Shown piece by piece: positions 1 through 11,795 of a stretch of DNA of 64,000 nucleotides (position 1 is the stretch's first letter; every line of letters begins with the position of its first letter). A program made the position numbers and the translations under genes. Source of the stretch: Felis catus (Eukaryota); the NCBI RefSeq assembly GCF_018350175.1, contig NC_058368.1, positions 203,920,001 to 203,984,000 of the forward strand, in the 5' to 3' direction. The notes beneath the pieces were generated by a model. That model searched no databases. It was not told the origin of the DNA and worked only from the letters and a program-made list of their open reading frames with translations.

Positions 1-29
1 CTTCACTGAAACTTCCCTTAGCAAAACAT

Positions 30-880
30 CCTGTAACTGCTAAATCCGGTAGCTACTCCTTGGGCCTCCTTATACTCAACTTCTCTGTGATACTGTGGAC
101 CGTCCTGCCCTCGGAACAGTCTTCCCTGGGCTGCCCAGGACCATACTGCCCTCTGCTCCTATCACTGTGGCTGCAACTTCTCAGCTCTCTTCCTCACTTA
201 TTTTCCTCTGCCTCCCCTTACACGTTGGCATCACCCAGGTGTCTTAGTCAAGTTCGGGCTGCTCTAACAAAGTACCATAGACTGCATGACTTATAAACAA
301 CAGCAATCTGTTTCTTACAGTTCGGGAAGCTACGAGTCCAAAGAGATCAGGGATCCAGCACGGTCAGGTGCTGGTGAGGACCCCCACCCAGGTTGCAGAC
401 TGCCAACTTCATGTTGCAGCCTCACGTGGAGGAAAGAGGACTTGAGAGCTCGCTGGGGTCTCTTTTATATCCCAGTCCTGAAGGCTCCACCCTCATGACT
501 CAATCGCCTCCCAAAGGCCTCACCTCTGAAGACCACCATATAGAATGTTACGATTTCAGCCTATAAATTTGAGGGGGGACACATTCCGTTGTTAACACCA
601 GGTCTGTGTCTGAGCCTCTCTCCTTCCTTCTCTACCAATTTTCCCTAGAGAATCGTATCTATCTACATGATGTAACCTCTAACCCTCGTTTTCAACTCCC
701 GATCTCTCTCCTGAGCTCTAGATACACTCCTGCAACTCCCCTGGAACATCCCAACCTGGATGCTCACATGTGCCTCACACTGAAACACATTCTTTTCCCA
801 CTCTCTCCTACCCGGCAAACTCTTCTCCTGAATCCTTCACATCAATTAGTGGCATCACTATTCTCACAGTTGCTATGCCA
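30..880 (+). mobile_element. LINE-2 3' ORF2-region fragment, split by an MLT1A-like LTR
   Basis: Pyrimidine-rich, degenerate L2-like sequence that reads through across the LTR insertion at 240-597. Confidence 0.65.
240..597 (-). mobile_element. ERVL-MaLR solo LTR (MLT1A-like)
   Basis: TG...CA ends (tgtcttagtc...gttaaca); reverse complement matches the MLT1 end gcagcc..actaagaca; exact 5-bp TSD CCAGG at 235-239 and 598-602. Confidence 0.85.
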
Positions 881-904
881 GTGTGAAGCATGGCTATAAG
901 TTCT

Positions 905-1333
905 TTGATGCACTTGAGGTTTCTGAGGTTGGGTCATAACGAAACTGGCAGCTCTGCCTTGGTTTCTGGAAACACATGTTCTTGGAGCCCTGAGCCAGGA
1001 TGCAGAAAGCTCAATGATGCTAAGATGGCCATGCCTGAAAGGTCATAGGTAGGATGCACTGGCCACTCCTGTGAGTGAAGAGGCCATCGTCAAAGTGGGT
1101 CCTCCAGCCAAGCCCTTCCAGCCCCCAGCCATTTTAGGCACCCCCCTGCCATTTGCATCATCCCACAAAACATCAGAGACATTGTGAAGCAAAGGGAAGT
1201 TGTCACCACTGTGCTCTTTCTGAGTTCCAAATCCACGAAAGCCATCAACATTAAAAAAAAAAAAAAAAAAAAAAAAGACTGCTTTATGCCACTAAATTTT
1301 AGGGTAGTTTGTAATACAACAGTAACTATTAGC
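905..1333 (+). mobile_element. ERVL-MaLR LTR fragment (older MLT1 subfamily)
   Basis: Motifs ttggagccctgagcc, gtgagtgaagaggccatc and gccactaaattttagggtagtttgt. Confidence 0.7.
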
Positions 1334-2052
1334 TTCCCACGCGTCAAACATGGGAGTCATTACCTTCTTCTCTCCCATGTTTTTATTAACAAATAATTTC
1401 ATTAAAGGTCTACTATATGCCAGGCACTATATCAAGCACTGATGATACCAATAAATTATGGTCATGTATAGACACAGTGCAAAGAAAATAAATCACAACA
1501 AAATAAAACAGCATTTCCCAACCTTGTTAAGAGACATAAGGCAGATGTTTTTCAAAAGAGATGTTTCATGATCAATCAATCCTAGAACCATTGGGTAAAA
1601 ACACATTTCTTCCCTGAATTATCTTTCAGGACCATTAATACTCAAATAAATATATGAGAAGTCTAGAGCAGAGTTTCCCAAAATTATTTGACCATAAGAC
1701 AAATTTGGGGTTTTTATTTATTTGTTCTATTTGGAAGAGAAACTCAAGGAAATAGAGTCCTGCAAAGGAGCCTATGAGAAGGGGCATCAGAGCCTTTGCT
1801 CAGTAATCAGGGGACAACTCAAGGAGGAAGTTATTCGAAGTGAGACATAAAGAGAAAGAGGAAGGTGCCAGGTGGGCAAGCTGTAGGAAGGCCAACAGCT
1901 AACCGTGTAGAGATACTGAAATGCAAACAGACCTGGCTATTTAGGGAAACTCTAAGGAAATGCTATAGAACTCTAACATTTTTGTCTTTTTCTGAGAGAC
2001 AGATGCTAGAATTTCAAGTTCAGGTCAGAAGCTGTTTACTTACAAGCAAATC

Positions 2053-2199
2053 CTAGCCTACGGCTGTGTCCAGGCTCTGCCCTGATCTCTCATTTTTCTT
2101 TTTCCTGTATTTCCCAAGAGGGCCCAGGTGAGGAGCCACAGCAGCTGCCTGGGGGTTTCTCATTCCTTTATTTCTGTATTTACAGTAAATGTTTTCTTC
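2053..2199 (-). CDS. Weak candidate last coding exon (EENIYCKYRNKGMRNPQAAAVAPHLGPLGKYRKKKNERSGQSLDTAVG*)
   Basis: ttttaaag acceptor, phase 0 matching the 9660-9727 candidate, 48 open codons then TAG, and a gtaagt donor 9 nt later. It overlaps a competing + strand microexon signal. Confidence 0.15.
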   Translation of the reverse strand, partial: EENIYCKYRNKGMRNPQAAAVAPHLGPLGKYRKKKNERSGQSLDTAVG

Positions 2200-2579
2200 C
2201 TTTAAAATCTACCTCTCATGTCTGCACTTTGAAAGTAAGAAATCAACTTGATCTAATGTACCCACAACTTTTATAATACTGCACAAGAGATGCTGTGGTT
2301 TAGATGTTCCCAACCATATCCAAAATGTGATTCCTTCATTAATAGCTTTGTATTTTTCAGGTAAGAATAATGTTTCTCAGTCTGGGATTATTTAAAATAT
2401 ATGTGCCCCAACTCCACATAAGGAATGTCTATTAACGTGTTGGTATTTTATAGAACAAATGCTGAAAGTTTTTACAGAAATTCACAAGGCTATTTTAAGG
2501 TGATGGGGCAGATCACAACAAAATAAAGATGATGACTGGAGAATGTAGATACTTTAAGAGTTTGTGTGCATATGTGTAT

Positions 2580-2670
2580 TCTCTCTCTCTCTCTCTCTCC
2601 ATATATATATATATATATATGTATATACATATATATATACATACATATATATATATATACATATATATAT
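2580..2670. repeat. (CT)n/(AT)n compound microsatellite
   Basis: Seen directly. Confidence 0.95.
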
Positions 2671-4534
2671 AGGCTGCCAAAACATAAGGCAGACTTAAAA
2701 GTCATTTTTATCTTCATATAAGAAGGATTATCTGTCTCTTTCTCTCTCATCCCTCTAAGAGATGGAGTATCCATGAGGGAATTCTAACAATTAAGGTCCA
2801 ATGAAGCATAATCAAAGACCAGGAATATTAAAACCAAGTAGGTTTTATTCTGGAGCTCATGAGCTATTAACTGCACGATTAAAGAACATTCCACTAGAAC
2901 TTCTCATAGGACCACCCACTCTTAGAGGCTAGAATGCTGTGAGCAACGATGTAAGGTGTGACAGATCACATCTCTGTGCTGAGACTGCCACATAGAAATA
3001 ATGAGGACATCCCTTCAGCCACCCACATAAAGGTGTCTCTAATCTGACATATTCAAGAATCAGAAAGGAGCCATCTCACAAAGATGGCCAAGTAGGAGAC
3101 ACCACCCCAATCCCTCAACAAAGATCAATTATTAGCTATCTATGAACAAGAACAGCTCTGGGAGAGTTCAGGAGTCCCCTTAACAAACTTCAGCAGTGCA
3201 GTGGAACAAAAAACCGGAGAATAATCATACAAAAAGGGAAGGAAGAACAGCTTCATTTTGCCTGCCTCATCCCATCCTTCAGGCCAGCCCTGTTTATGGC
3301 CAAGAGGAAATTCCCTGGCCAGAAAGAGTTCCCCTGGCTGGGAAAAGGGAGAGCAGAGCAAGTGACCAGCTTCCTTCCCAGCCTTTCAGGACACCACACA
3401 AAGGACCCACTTCAGTTTTCCCCCATCCAGAGTCCAGCAAAGCTGAAAGGAATTGAGGCAGTTAGGATCAATGAAGAAGACCAGGGGCTACCAGTATTAA
3501 CCACACAGCAGAATCAACTGTGTTTCCCAGTGTCCTGCTCTGAAGAGGACCCTGGCAGCTTTTGCCACTGAATAAACCAATAGCCGCAAGGTTGCTGTGG
3601 ACCCCCTGCAGATTTCACCAATTTTTACCCCACGGTCCCCTTCACACTCACTGATCACCTCCCCATGCTGGAGCCTGAAACCCGCACCGCCACCAGCCCA
3701 GGCCTCCGCAGCTGCGTGAGTGCAAGAAGCCAGCCTAGAGCCCTGAGGCTGACCCCCCACGGCCGTGTGTATGCTCAGGGCTGGCCCTCCGCTGAGTACT
3801 TGCACATCCTTGGCCTAATCTCCCTCAGCAGCCTCCACAGTGTATGCCTAGGGTGAGACTACAGCCACAGAAGTGCACACTCACAGCCGGGGACCTCACA
3901 GCTGCGTGTGGCCCTGGCTCTAGCCCTGTCTCCTGTCACTGGCCTGCACTGCCGGGCTTGTTTGCAATGAGCCCCTCCAGCTGTGCACCCGGACAACAAC
4001 CCAACTCCCACCACCAGCCTCCACGGCTGTGCATGTACCCCAGGTGAAACCCTGCAGCCACAAGAGTACATGCCAACAGCCAGGACCTCTGCAGTGGCCA
4101 GTGTGCCTGCAGCTGGCCTTGGTCCTCGCGGCTGGTCCTGAACTCCCTCGTTACGTGTATATCTACAGCCAGCCCTTGCCACACCACAGGAGCCTGCAGC
4201 TGGTACCCGTAGCCACACAGGTAGATGTACACCGTCACTCTGACCACCGCCAGGACCTGCCCTGGTAACTGACCGCCACCAGCCCCCGAATATTGAGGTG
4301 TAGCTGAGGACCTCAACAGCCTTTGCAACCACTGCAGACCCCAACAGTCACTAAGAAACACACCGCTGTTGATGCCATGGACCTCAGCAGTGAGCAATGA
4401 GACATCATACTCCCCCCAGACTAGAACCACCACACGCCCTTGCACTTGATGTCCTGTACCATTAAACCCATAATCACAGCACACTTCACTGTGCCCCCCA
4501 ACAGGCGAAAGTCTTTCCTTACTGAAGTCAGCCT

Positions 4535-4655
4535 CATCAGGCTCCAGGCTGACAGCACAGAGCCTGCTTGGGATTTTCTGTCTCTCCCTCTCTCTCTGTC
4601 CCTCTCCCACTCACACGTGCATTCTCTCTCTCTCTCTTTCTCAAAATAAATAAAT
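4535..4655 (+). mobile_element. Can-SINE 3' fragment
   Basis: gctgacagcacagagcctgcttgggatt, (CT)n and aaaataaataaa tail; head missing. Confidence 0.85.
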
Positions 4656-4795
4656 TTTAAAGAAATAATGGCTGAGAACTTTCCAAACCTGGGGAGGGAC
4701 TTAGACATCCAAGTTAGGAAGCTAACAGTCATCCCATAATTTCAATCCAAAATAATCTTCTCTAAGACACATTATTTAAAAATTGTCTAAAATCA

Positions 4796-5005
4796 GGGGC
4801 ACCTGGGTGGCTCAGTTGGTTAAGCATCCGACTTTGGCTCAGGTCATGATCTCATGGTTCTTGGGTTTGAGCCCCACATCAGGCACTGTGCTGACAGCTC
4901 AGAGCCTGGAGCCTGCTTCAGATTCTGTGTCTCCCTCTCTCTCTGCACCTCCCCTGCTCGTATTCTGTCTGTCTCTCAAAAATAAATAAACATTAAAAAA
5001 AATAT
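4796..5005 (+). mobile_element. Can-SINE inserted in L1 ORF1
   Basis: ggggcacctgggtggctcagttggttaag head; TSD ttgtctaaaat on both sides. Confidence 0.95.
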
Positions 5006-5493
5006 TTTTCAGTTGTCTAAAATAAAAAACAAAGCGAGACTTTAAAAGCAACAAGAGGAAAAAACATTTCTGTCATATAAGAGAGCCCCCATAAGGCCAT
5101 CAGTGGATTTCTCAACAGAAACCCTTGCAGGCCAAGAGAGTATAGAAGGATATATTCAAGGTGCTGAAAGAAAAAAACTGCCAGCCAAGAATACTTTACC
5201 CAGTAAAGCTGCTTTTCAGAAATGAAGGCAAGATCAAGACTATCCCAAACAAACAAAAGCTGAGGGAGTTCATCACCACTAGACCTGCCTTACAAGAAAC
5301 ACTAAAAAGAGTTAGTCCTTCAAGCGGAAACACAAGGACACTAGTAAGTAACATGGAAACATAAAAACACACAGGTAAAATTAAGTATATAGTCAAATTC
5401 AGAATATTCTAATAATGTGATATGGTGGTGTGTTGGCTCCTTAACTCTAGAATGAAGATTAACAGACAACTATATTAAAAATAACTATAGCTA

Positions 5494-5612
5494 GGGGTGC
5501 CTGGGTGGCTCAGTCAGTTAAGCATCTGACTTCAGCTCAAGTCATGATCTCACAGTTCATGAGTTCGAACCCCACACTGGGCTCTCTGAGGTCAGCATGG
5601 AGCCCACTTTGG

Positions 5613-5656
<44 letters not shown>

Positions 5657-5710
5657 CCTCCCTGACTCACGTACAAGCACTCTCTCTCTCTCAAAAATAA
5701 ACATTTTTTT
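5494..5710 (+). mobile_element. Can-SINE
   Basis: tRNA-derived head, CT tract and A tail; TSD aaaataactatagcta (5478-5493 and about 5946-5961). Confidence 0.95.
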
Positions 5711-5928
5711 TAATTTTTTTTTTCAACGTGTATTTATTTTTGGGACAGAGAGAGAGACAGAGCATGAACGGGGGAGGGGCAGAGAGAGAGGGAGACACAG
5801 AATCGGAAACGGGCTCCAGGCTCCGAGCCATCAGCCCAGAGCCTGACGCGGGGCTCGACCTCACGGACCGCGAGATCGTGACCTGGCTGAAGTCGGACGC
5901 CTAACCGACTGCACCACCCAGGCACCCC
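5711..5928 (-). mobile_element. Young felid SINE (SINEC_Fc-type) inserted in the tail of the previous SINE
   Basis: CpG-intact body; TSD aaataaacattttttt. Confidence 0.95.
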
Positions 5929-5962
5929 TAAATAAACATTTTTTTAAAATAACTATAGCTAC

Positions 5963-6182
5963 GGGGTGCCTGGGTGGCGCAGTCGGTTGAGCGTCCGACT
6001 TCAGCCAGGTCACGATCTCGCGGTCCGTGAGGTCGAGCCCCGCGTCAGGCTCTGGGCTGATGGCTCGGAGCCTGGAGCCCGTTTCCGATTCTGTGTCTCC
6101 CTCTCTCTCTGCCCCTCCCCCGTTCATGCTCTGTCTCTCTCTCTGTCCCAAAAATAAATACACGTTGAAAAAAAATAATAAT
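5963..6182 (+). mobile_element. Young felid SINE (SINEC_Fc-type)
   Basis: CpG-intact body; TSD aataactatagctac. Confidence 0.95.
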
Positions 6183-6286
6183 AATAACTATAGCTACAAT
6201 AATTTGTCAATGAGTACATGGTGTAAAATGATACAAATTGTGACATCAGAAAACATAAAATGCAGGAGTAAAAGGGTAGAGTTTTG

Positions 6287-6523
6287 GGGTTGGGGGGGTT
6301 TTGAAGTACAGTTGACATAGAATGTTATATTAGTTTCAGGTGTACAAAATAGTGATTTGACAACTCTATATGTTATATTATGCTCAACACAAGTGTAGAC
6401 ACTATCTGTCACCATACAACGTTATTACAATACCACTGACTGTATTCCCTATGCTGTATCTTTCATCCTTATGACTTATTCATTCCATAATTGAAAATCT
6501 GTACCTCCTACTCCCCTTTACCC
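6287..6523 (-). mobile_element. L1 3' UTR fragment nested in the older L1
   Basis: ttagtttcaggtgtaca...tagtgatt L1 3' motif; TSD aaaagggta(g/c)agttttt. Confidence 0.8.
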
Positions 6524-8313
6524 AAAAGGGTACAGTTTTTGTATGTGATCAAAGTTAAGTTGTTATCAGCTTAAAACCTACTGTTATATGAACACAGTGT
6601 TTCAAGTAAGCCTCAAGGTACCACAAAACAACACTTATAGTAAATACACACAAGATAAAGAGAAGGGAATCTAACTACACTACTACAGAAAATCATCAAT
6701 TCATAAAGTAGGACAGCAAAAGAAAAAGAAAAAAAAACAAACTATAAAACAGCCAGAAAACAGTTAATAAAATGGCAACAGTAAATCCTCACCTATCACT
6801 AATTACTTTAAATGTAAATGGAGCATATTCTTCAATTAAAAGACATGAACTAGCTGAAAGGATTTAAAAAAAAAAAAAAAAAAAAAAGACCCAACTATAT
6901 GCTGCCTAGAACAGACTAACTATAGTCAAGATATAGAAGCAACCTAAGTGTCCATTAATGGATGAATTGATAAGGAAAATATGTGATATATATACATATG
7001 TGTGTGTATAATAAAATATTATTCAGCCATAAAAAAGAAGGAAATCTTGTCATTTATAGCAACATATGGACTTTATGGACATTATGCTAGCTGAAATAAG
7101 TCATAAAAAGAAAGACAAATACTGTATGATTCACTTATATATAGAATCTAGAAACACAACTCTTAGAAACAAAGAGTAGAATGGTGCTTGCTAGGGCCTG
7201 TGTGGTAAGAGAAATGAGATATTGGTCAAAGGGTACAAACTTTCCTTTAATGAAATTAGTAAGTTCCAGGGATTTAAAGTACACCATAGTGACTATCTTA
7301 ACAACACTGTACTGTATACCTGTAAGTTGCTATGAGAATAGAGCTTTAATGTTTTCACTATACCAGTAACAACAAAATGGTAATTTTGTGAGATGAAGGA
7401 TGTGTTAACTAACTTTGTGGCAGTGAACATGTCCCACTATACACTATTTACATGTTATCAACTCATCACATGGCACACCTTAAGCTTAGACAATGTTATA
7501 TGTCAACTATATCTCAATAAAGCTGAGTGGCGGTGGAGGGGGTGGGGAGGGGGCAGAGTCAGAAAAACAACAAATAGCCCTCAGTGCCATATTTATAGGA
7601 CATTAAAACAGCACCCACTTCTTCACTCCCACTGCAGATAAGAAAAGGATTCTATCAAAAGTGCAGTTACTAATTCAATAGAAACCCCTTGCTACATGAA
7701 ACATATCTCAGAAAGTAAATGTGTCAAAACATGATCTTAAACTCATAAGAGCAATTTCAACTTAAATCTTTCATTTTGATCTACACATATTCTTGCTTCA
7801 GGATTAACTTAAATTTAACTTCCAGTTGCCATAAAATCTACCAAAACCTTTATCATCACACCGGCAGGATTTTCAAGCTAGAATCCAACCAGATTCTTTA
7901 AGAAACTTCACTGTGAAAAGCATAAGCTTATAAATGAATAAGAAATCTTCAGAAGCAATCTTATTTTGGGAAGCATCCCTTTTAAAGGGAGCAAAAAGTG
8001 TTGTTTACGAGGGACATGGGGAAAGTTAAAAAGAAGCTCAACTTTAACAATAATCAGAGAACTGAATATTTAAACCGCCATGACATACTATTTCACCCAC
8101 AGATTATCACAAACGTTAAAATCCAGAATATTAAAGGTTTGTGAGTGTGACATGCAGCTGGCACTCTTGCACACTGCTGAGAGCACAAATTGGTAGCACC
8201 ACTTTGGAAAATAATTTGGTGTTAACTGTTAAAGTTGAGAACCTAAAAATAAAATAAAATAAAGTTGAGAACCTGTGTCCCATTAATCCTACTCCTTACC
8301 ATGTATACTAGAG

Positions 8314-8504
8314 CAGTAGCTTTCAAAATTTAGGGTTATGAACCCCAATAAAAAATATATTTTAGGGGCTCAATCGGTTGAGAGTCTAATTTCGGCTCAG
8401 GTCATGATCTTGCAGTTCATGAGTTCAAGCCCCACATGGGGCTTTGGATCCTCTCTCCCCCTCTCTCTCTGCCCCTCCCCAACTTGTGCACACACATGGA
8501 GGCA

Positions 8505-8542
<38 letters not shown>

Positions 8543-9028
8543 AATAAATATTTAAAAAATAAATAAATCGGGGCGCCTGGGTGGCTCAGTCAGTTAAGCG
8601 TCCAACTTCAGCTCAGGTCATGATCTCATGGTTCGTGAGTTCGAGCCCCGCATTGGGCTCTGTGCTGACAGCTCAGAGCCTGGAGCCTACTTCAGATTCT
8701 GTGTCTCCCTCTCTTCCTGCCCCTCACCCAGCTAACACTCTGTTTCTCTCTCTCTCAAAAATAAATAAAACATTAAAAAATTTTTTAAATAAATAATATA
8801 TATATTTTATGTCACAATTCAACACATGCATATATATAACATACTCATATACATACTAAAGTAAAAGTTCCAAGAAACAATCCTCAGCCTTTAGAGGCAG
8901 AATGCATTCTGGCATTTTCCAAAATAGTCTGGTCTACTGTAGGAATTTTTTTAAATGCTAGTCACAACCCACTACATTGATTTCATATTCCAGTGATGGG
9001 TCACAAACCAGAGTGTGAAAAACACCAC
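8314..9028. mobile_element. hAT-Charlie-like MITE carrying two SINEs
   Basis: Imperfect terminal inverted repeats cagtagctttcaaa ... tgaaaaacacca, with ctag-containing flanks. Confidence 0.5.
8365..8795 (+). mobile_element. Two tandem Can-SINEs (about 8365-8560 and 8570-8795)
   Basis: Two heads, CT tracts and aaaataaa tails. Confidence 0.9.
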
Positions 9029-9659
9029 CCTAGCAAAACTAACACGCACCACAAGATATGCAAAAGAATACTCATAGCAGCATGATTTACAACTGTATAA
9101 AGAAGGAAACATCTCAATTTTATATTTACAGATAAATCTAAATATGTTTACAGAGACATTGTATGCTCATATATTACAATACTATCTAGCAGTAAAAATG
9201 AATAAACTATGTTTACACACATCATCATCAATGAACCTCAGAAACATAATGTTGAGTGATAAAAGCAAGTTACAAAAGTATAACTCCATTTATACAAAAC
9301 CCAAAATCATGCAAAACCAAATACGCTAAACTGTATAATTCTTAAAGGAAATGAGAAACACAAGATTCAGGATAACAATCACCGCCAAGAAGAGGCAGAA
9401 AAGAAAGGGGATGGAGTCACAGAAGGGCATGAATGGATTATGTGTCACTGTGGGTGTGCCATCATAGCCAGCCCTCCGGGCCAGCCACTTATGCTCAAAC
9501 TACTTCTCACCTCAAATCCCTATCAAAATCTAGTCCTCCTCCCATCCATTTCTGCCACCCCATGCGCATTAACAAAACTGTTCAGAAATAGATGTTAACC
9601 TTCACAGGCACAATACATGTGATGTAAAGATATCAAAATGAGCTGATAAAGATACTTAC

Positions 9660-9727
9660 ACTTAAAGGACCTAATGGCAGAGGTTTAGGGAATGTCAGCA
9701 GGAAAGATGAACAGTGAATTTTATCAC
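9660..9727 (-). CDS. Candidate coding exon ((S)DKIHCSSFLLTFPKPLPLGPLS), unknown product
   Basis: ttcttag acceptor (weak tract), gtaagt donor, 68 nt, phase 1 to 0, in frame with 12744-12860. Confidence 0.25.
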
Positions 9728-10544
9728 CTAAGAATCACCTCTTACACAAGGACCCAGAATAAACTCATCAGATTAGATTTTTACTAAGCAGAAAATTCAA
9801 TAGAACTACTTGCTCAAAGACAAGTAAGAAACAAAGCATTTGGATTCAAACCTGTTTAGCTGAATTTAAAACAAGAGAAATAACAGATTTGACCATTATG
9901 TTATTCAGACACCACAGATAAAGCAGGTATCAGTGATATCTAACATTATGCAGTGACAACAGGGACAGAAATTTACAGAGTACAATGTAAACAACCTAAA
10001 ACTTAAGAGCATTTAGTTGTGTTTGTTTATATCATCCGCTTAGCAAAAATTCCAAATAATCTATCTTTCTGGCTGTCAATGTCAATGTCAATGTCAACAA
10101 ACTGGAAGTTTCGAGTTCAAATAATATCCTCATTTTTCTGTGAATATATCTGATAATGGCCAAAAACCCTGACAGTTAGATGGTGGGCACTGAACCTTTT
10201 CAAAATTTTCTATGCAATTATAGAGAAGTTCTTCTTGGAAAAGACAAATAATAAAACAATCATTTATGTTTGTGTCATGCTTCTAATTCTTTAATTGACC
10301 AGAACACACCCACGAACTTGGAAGGCCTAAAAACAGGCAAAAATACCAAAAACCAATTCATTTTATTCAAAAAGGCAGAATTATTCTCAGGTTCTTCCAG
10401 GGGGAAAAAAAAAAAAACTCAAAAACCTGCAGTTTAGAAGTTGTCCTATATTGTGACAAGAGAGAAATCACACTGATAAGAAAAAGAAAAAAAAAGAGCT
10501 ATAAATTCTTATTTTTCAAGAAGAGATTTTTTTAAAAATACAAT

Positions 10545-11043
10545 ATATTATAGTCCAAATAATTTATTCTTGCTTTTGCTTCCCTTGTCTCACAAGACAT
10601 ATCTAGAAAGACGTTGCTATGGCCAATGTCAAGGAGGTTAGGGTCTGTGTTCTCTTCTAGGTGTTTATGGTTTCAGGTCTCACATTTAGGTCTTTAATCC
10701 ATTCTGAATTTATTGTTGTGTATGATGCAAGAAAGTGTTCCAGTTTCTTTCTTCTGCATGTTGCCATCCCGTTTTCCTGACACCATTTATTGAAGAGACT
10801 GTCCTTTTCCATTGAATATTCTTTCCTACTTTATCAAAGATTAATTGACCACATAGCTGTGGGTTTCTTTCTGGATTTTCTATTCTGTTCCATTGATTTA
10901 CATGTCTGTTTTTGTTCCAGTACCATACTGTTTTGATTACAACAGCTTTGTAATATAACTTGAAGTCCAGAATTGTAATACCTCCAACTTTGCTTTTCTT
11001 TTTAAACATTGCTTTGGCTATTTGGGGTCTTTTGTGGTGCCAC
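10545..11043 (-). mobile_element. Inverted 5' segment of a carnivore L1 (ORF2 fragment)
   Basis: Peptide [45 protein letters not shown] is typical L1 ORF2. Confidence 0.92.
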
Positions 11044-11746
11044 ATAAAGGAAACAATCAACAAAACTAAAAGGCAACCTATCAAGTAGAAGATATTTACA
11101 AATGACATATACAATAAAGGGTTAGTATCCAAAATATATAAAGAACTTACAAAACTCCGGGTGCCCACCTGACTCAGTCAGTAAAGCATGCAACTCTTGA
11201 TCTCAGGGTTGTGAGTTTGAATCCCACATTGGGAGGCTTTAAAAAAATTCTTAAATAAAAATAAATCATAAAACTCAACACCCAAAAAACAAATAATCCA
11301 ATTTAAAAATGGTCAGAAGACAGGAACAGACATTTTTCCAAAGAAGACATCCAGATGACACATGAAGATGCTTAACATTACTCATCCTCAGGGAAATGCA
11401 TGTCAAAACTACAATGAGATATCACCTCACACCTGTCAGAATGGCTGAAATCAACAACACAAGAAACAACAGATGCTGGTAAGGACATGGAGAAAAAGGA
11501 ATTCTTGTGTACTCTTGGTACAAATGCAAACTGGTGCAGCTGCTGTGGAAAACAGTGTGGAGATTCCTCAAAAAGTAAAAATAAGACCACCCTACAATCC
11601 AGCAATTGCACTATTGGGTATTTGCCCAAAGAATACAAAACTACTATTTCAAAGGGATACATGCACCTCAATGTTTATAGGAGCATTATTTACAATAGCC
11701 AAATTATGGAAGCAGCTCAGCCCCATCAACTGAAGAATGAATAAAG

Positions 11747-11795
<49 letters not shown>

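Larger units (their letters stand above)
3068..7523 (+). mobile_element. Old L1 (L1MA9/L1MB-like) with 5' UTR, partial ORF1, mostly deleted ORF2 and 3' UTR; interrupted by SINEs and an L1 fragment
   Basis: aagatggcc start and GC-rich UTR to about 4533; ORF1 C-terminal peptides EIMAENFPNL (4660) and LKEKNCQPRILYPVKLLFRNEGKIK..LREFITTRPALQETLK (5161-5310); ORF2 endonuclease start (LITLNVNG, about 6772-6918) joined directly to the ORF2 end (about 6921); 3' end tatctcaataaagctg. Confidence 0.85.
8035..9330 (+). mobile_element. Ancient L1 (L1ME-like) 3' fragment, interrupted
   Basis: Degenerate ORF2-end motifs (tggtagcaccactttggaaaataatttgg) and the 3' UTR motif aacataatgttgagtg. Confidence 0.6.

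Noticed and set aside
3859..4610. Long antisense ORFs (161 and 224 aa)
   Set aside because: They lie in the GC-rich L1 5' UTR, and the longer one starts inside a SINE; stop-poor composition explains them
10710..11168. 152-aa ORF with clear protein similarity
   Set aside because: L1 ORF2 remnant read across the inversion junction, not a host gene
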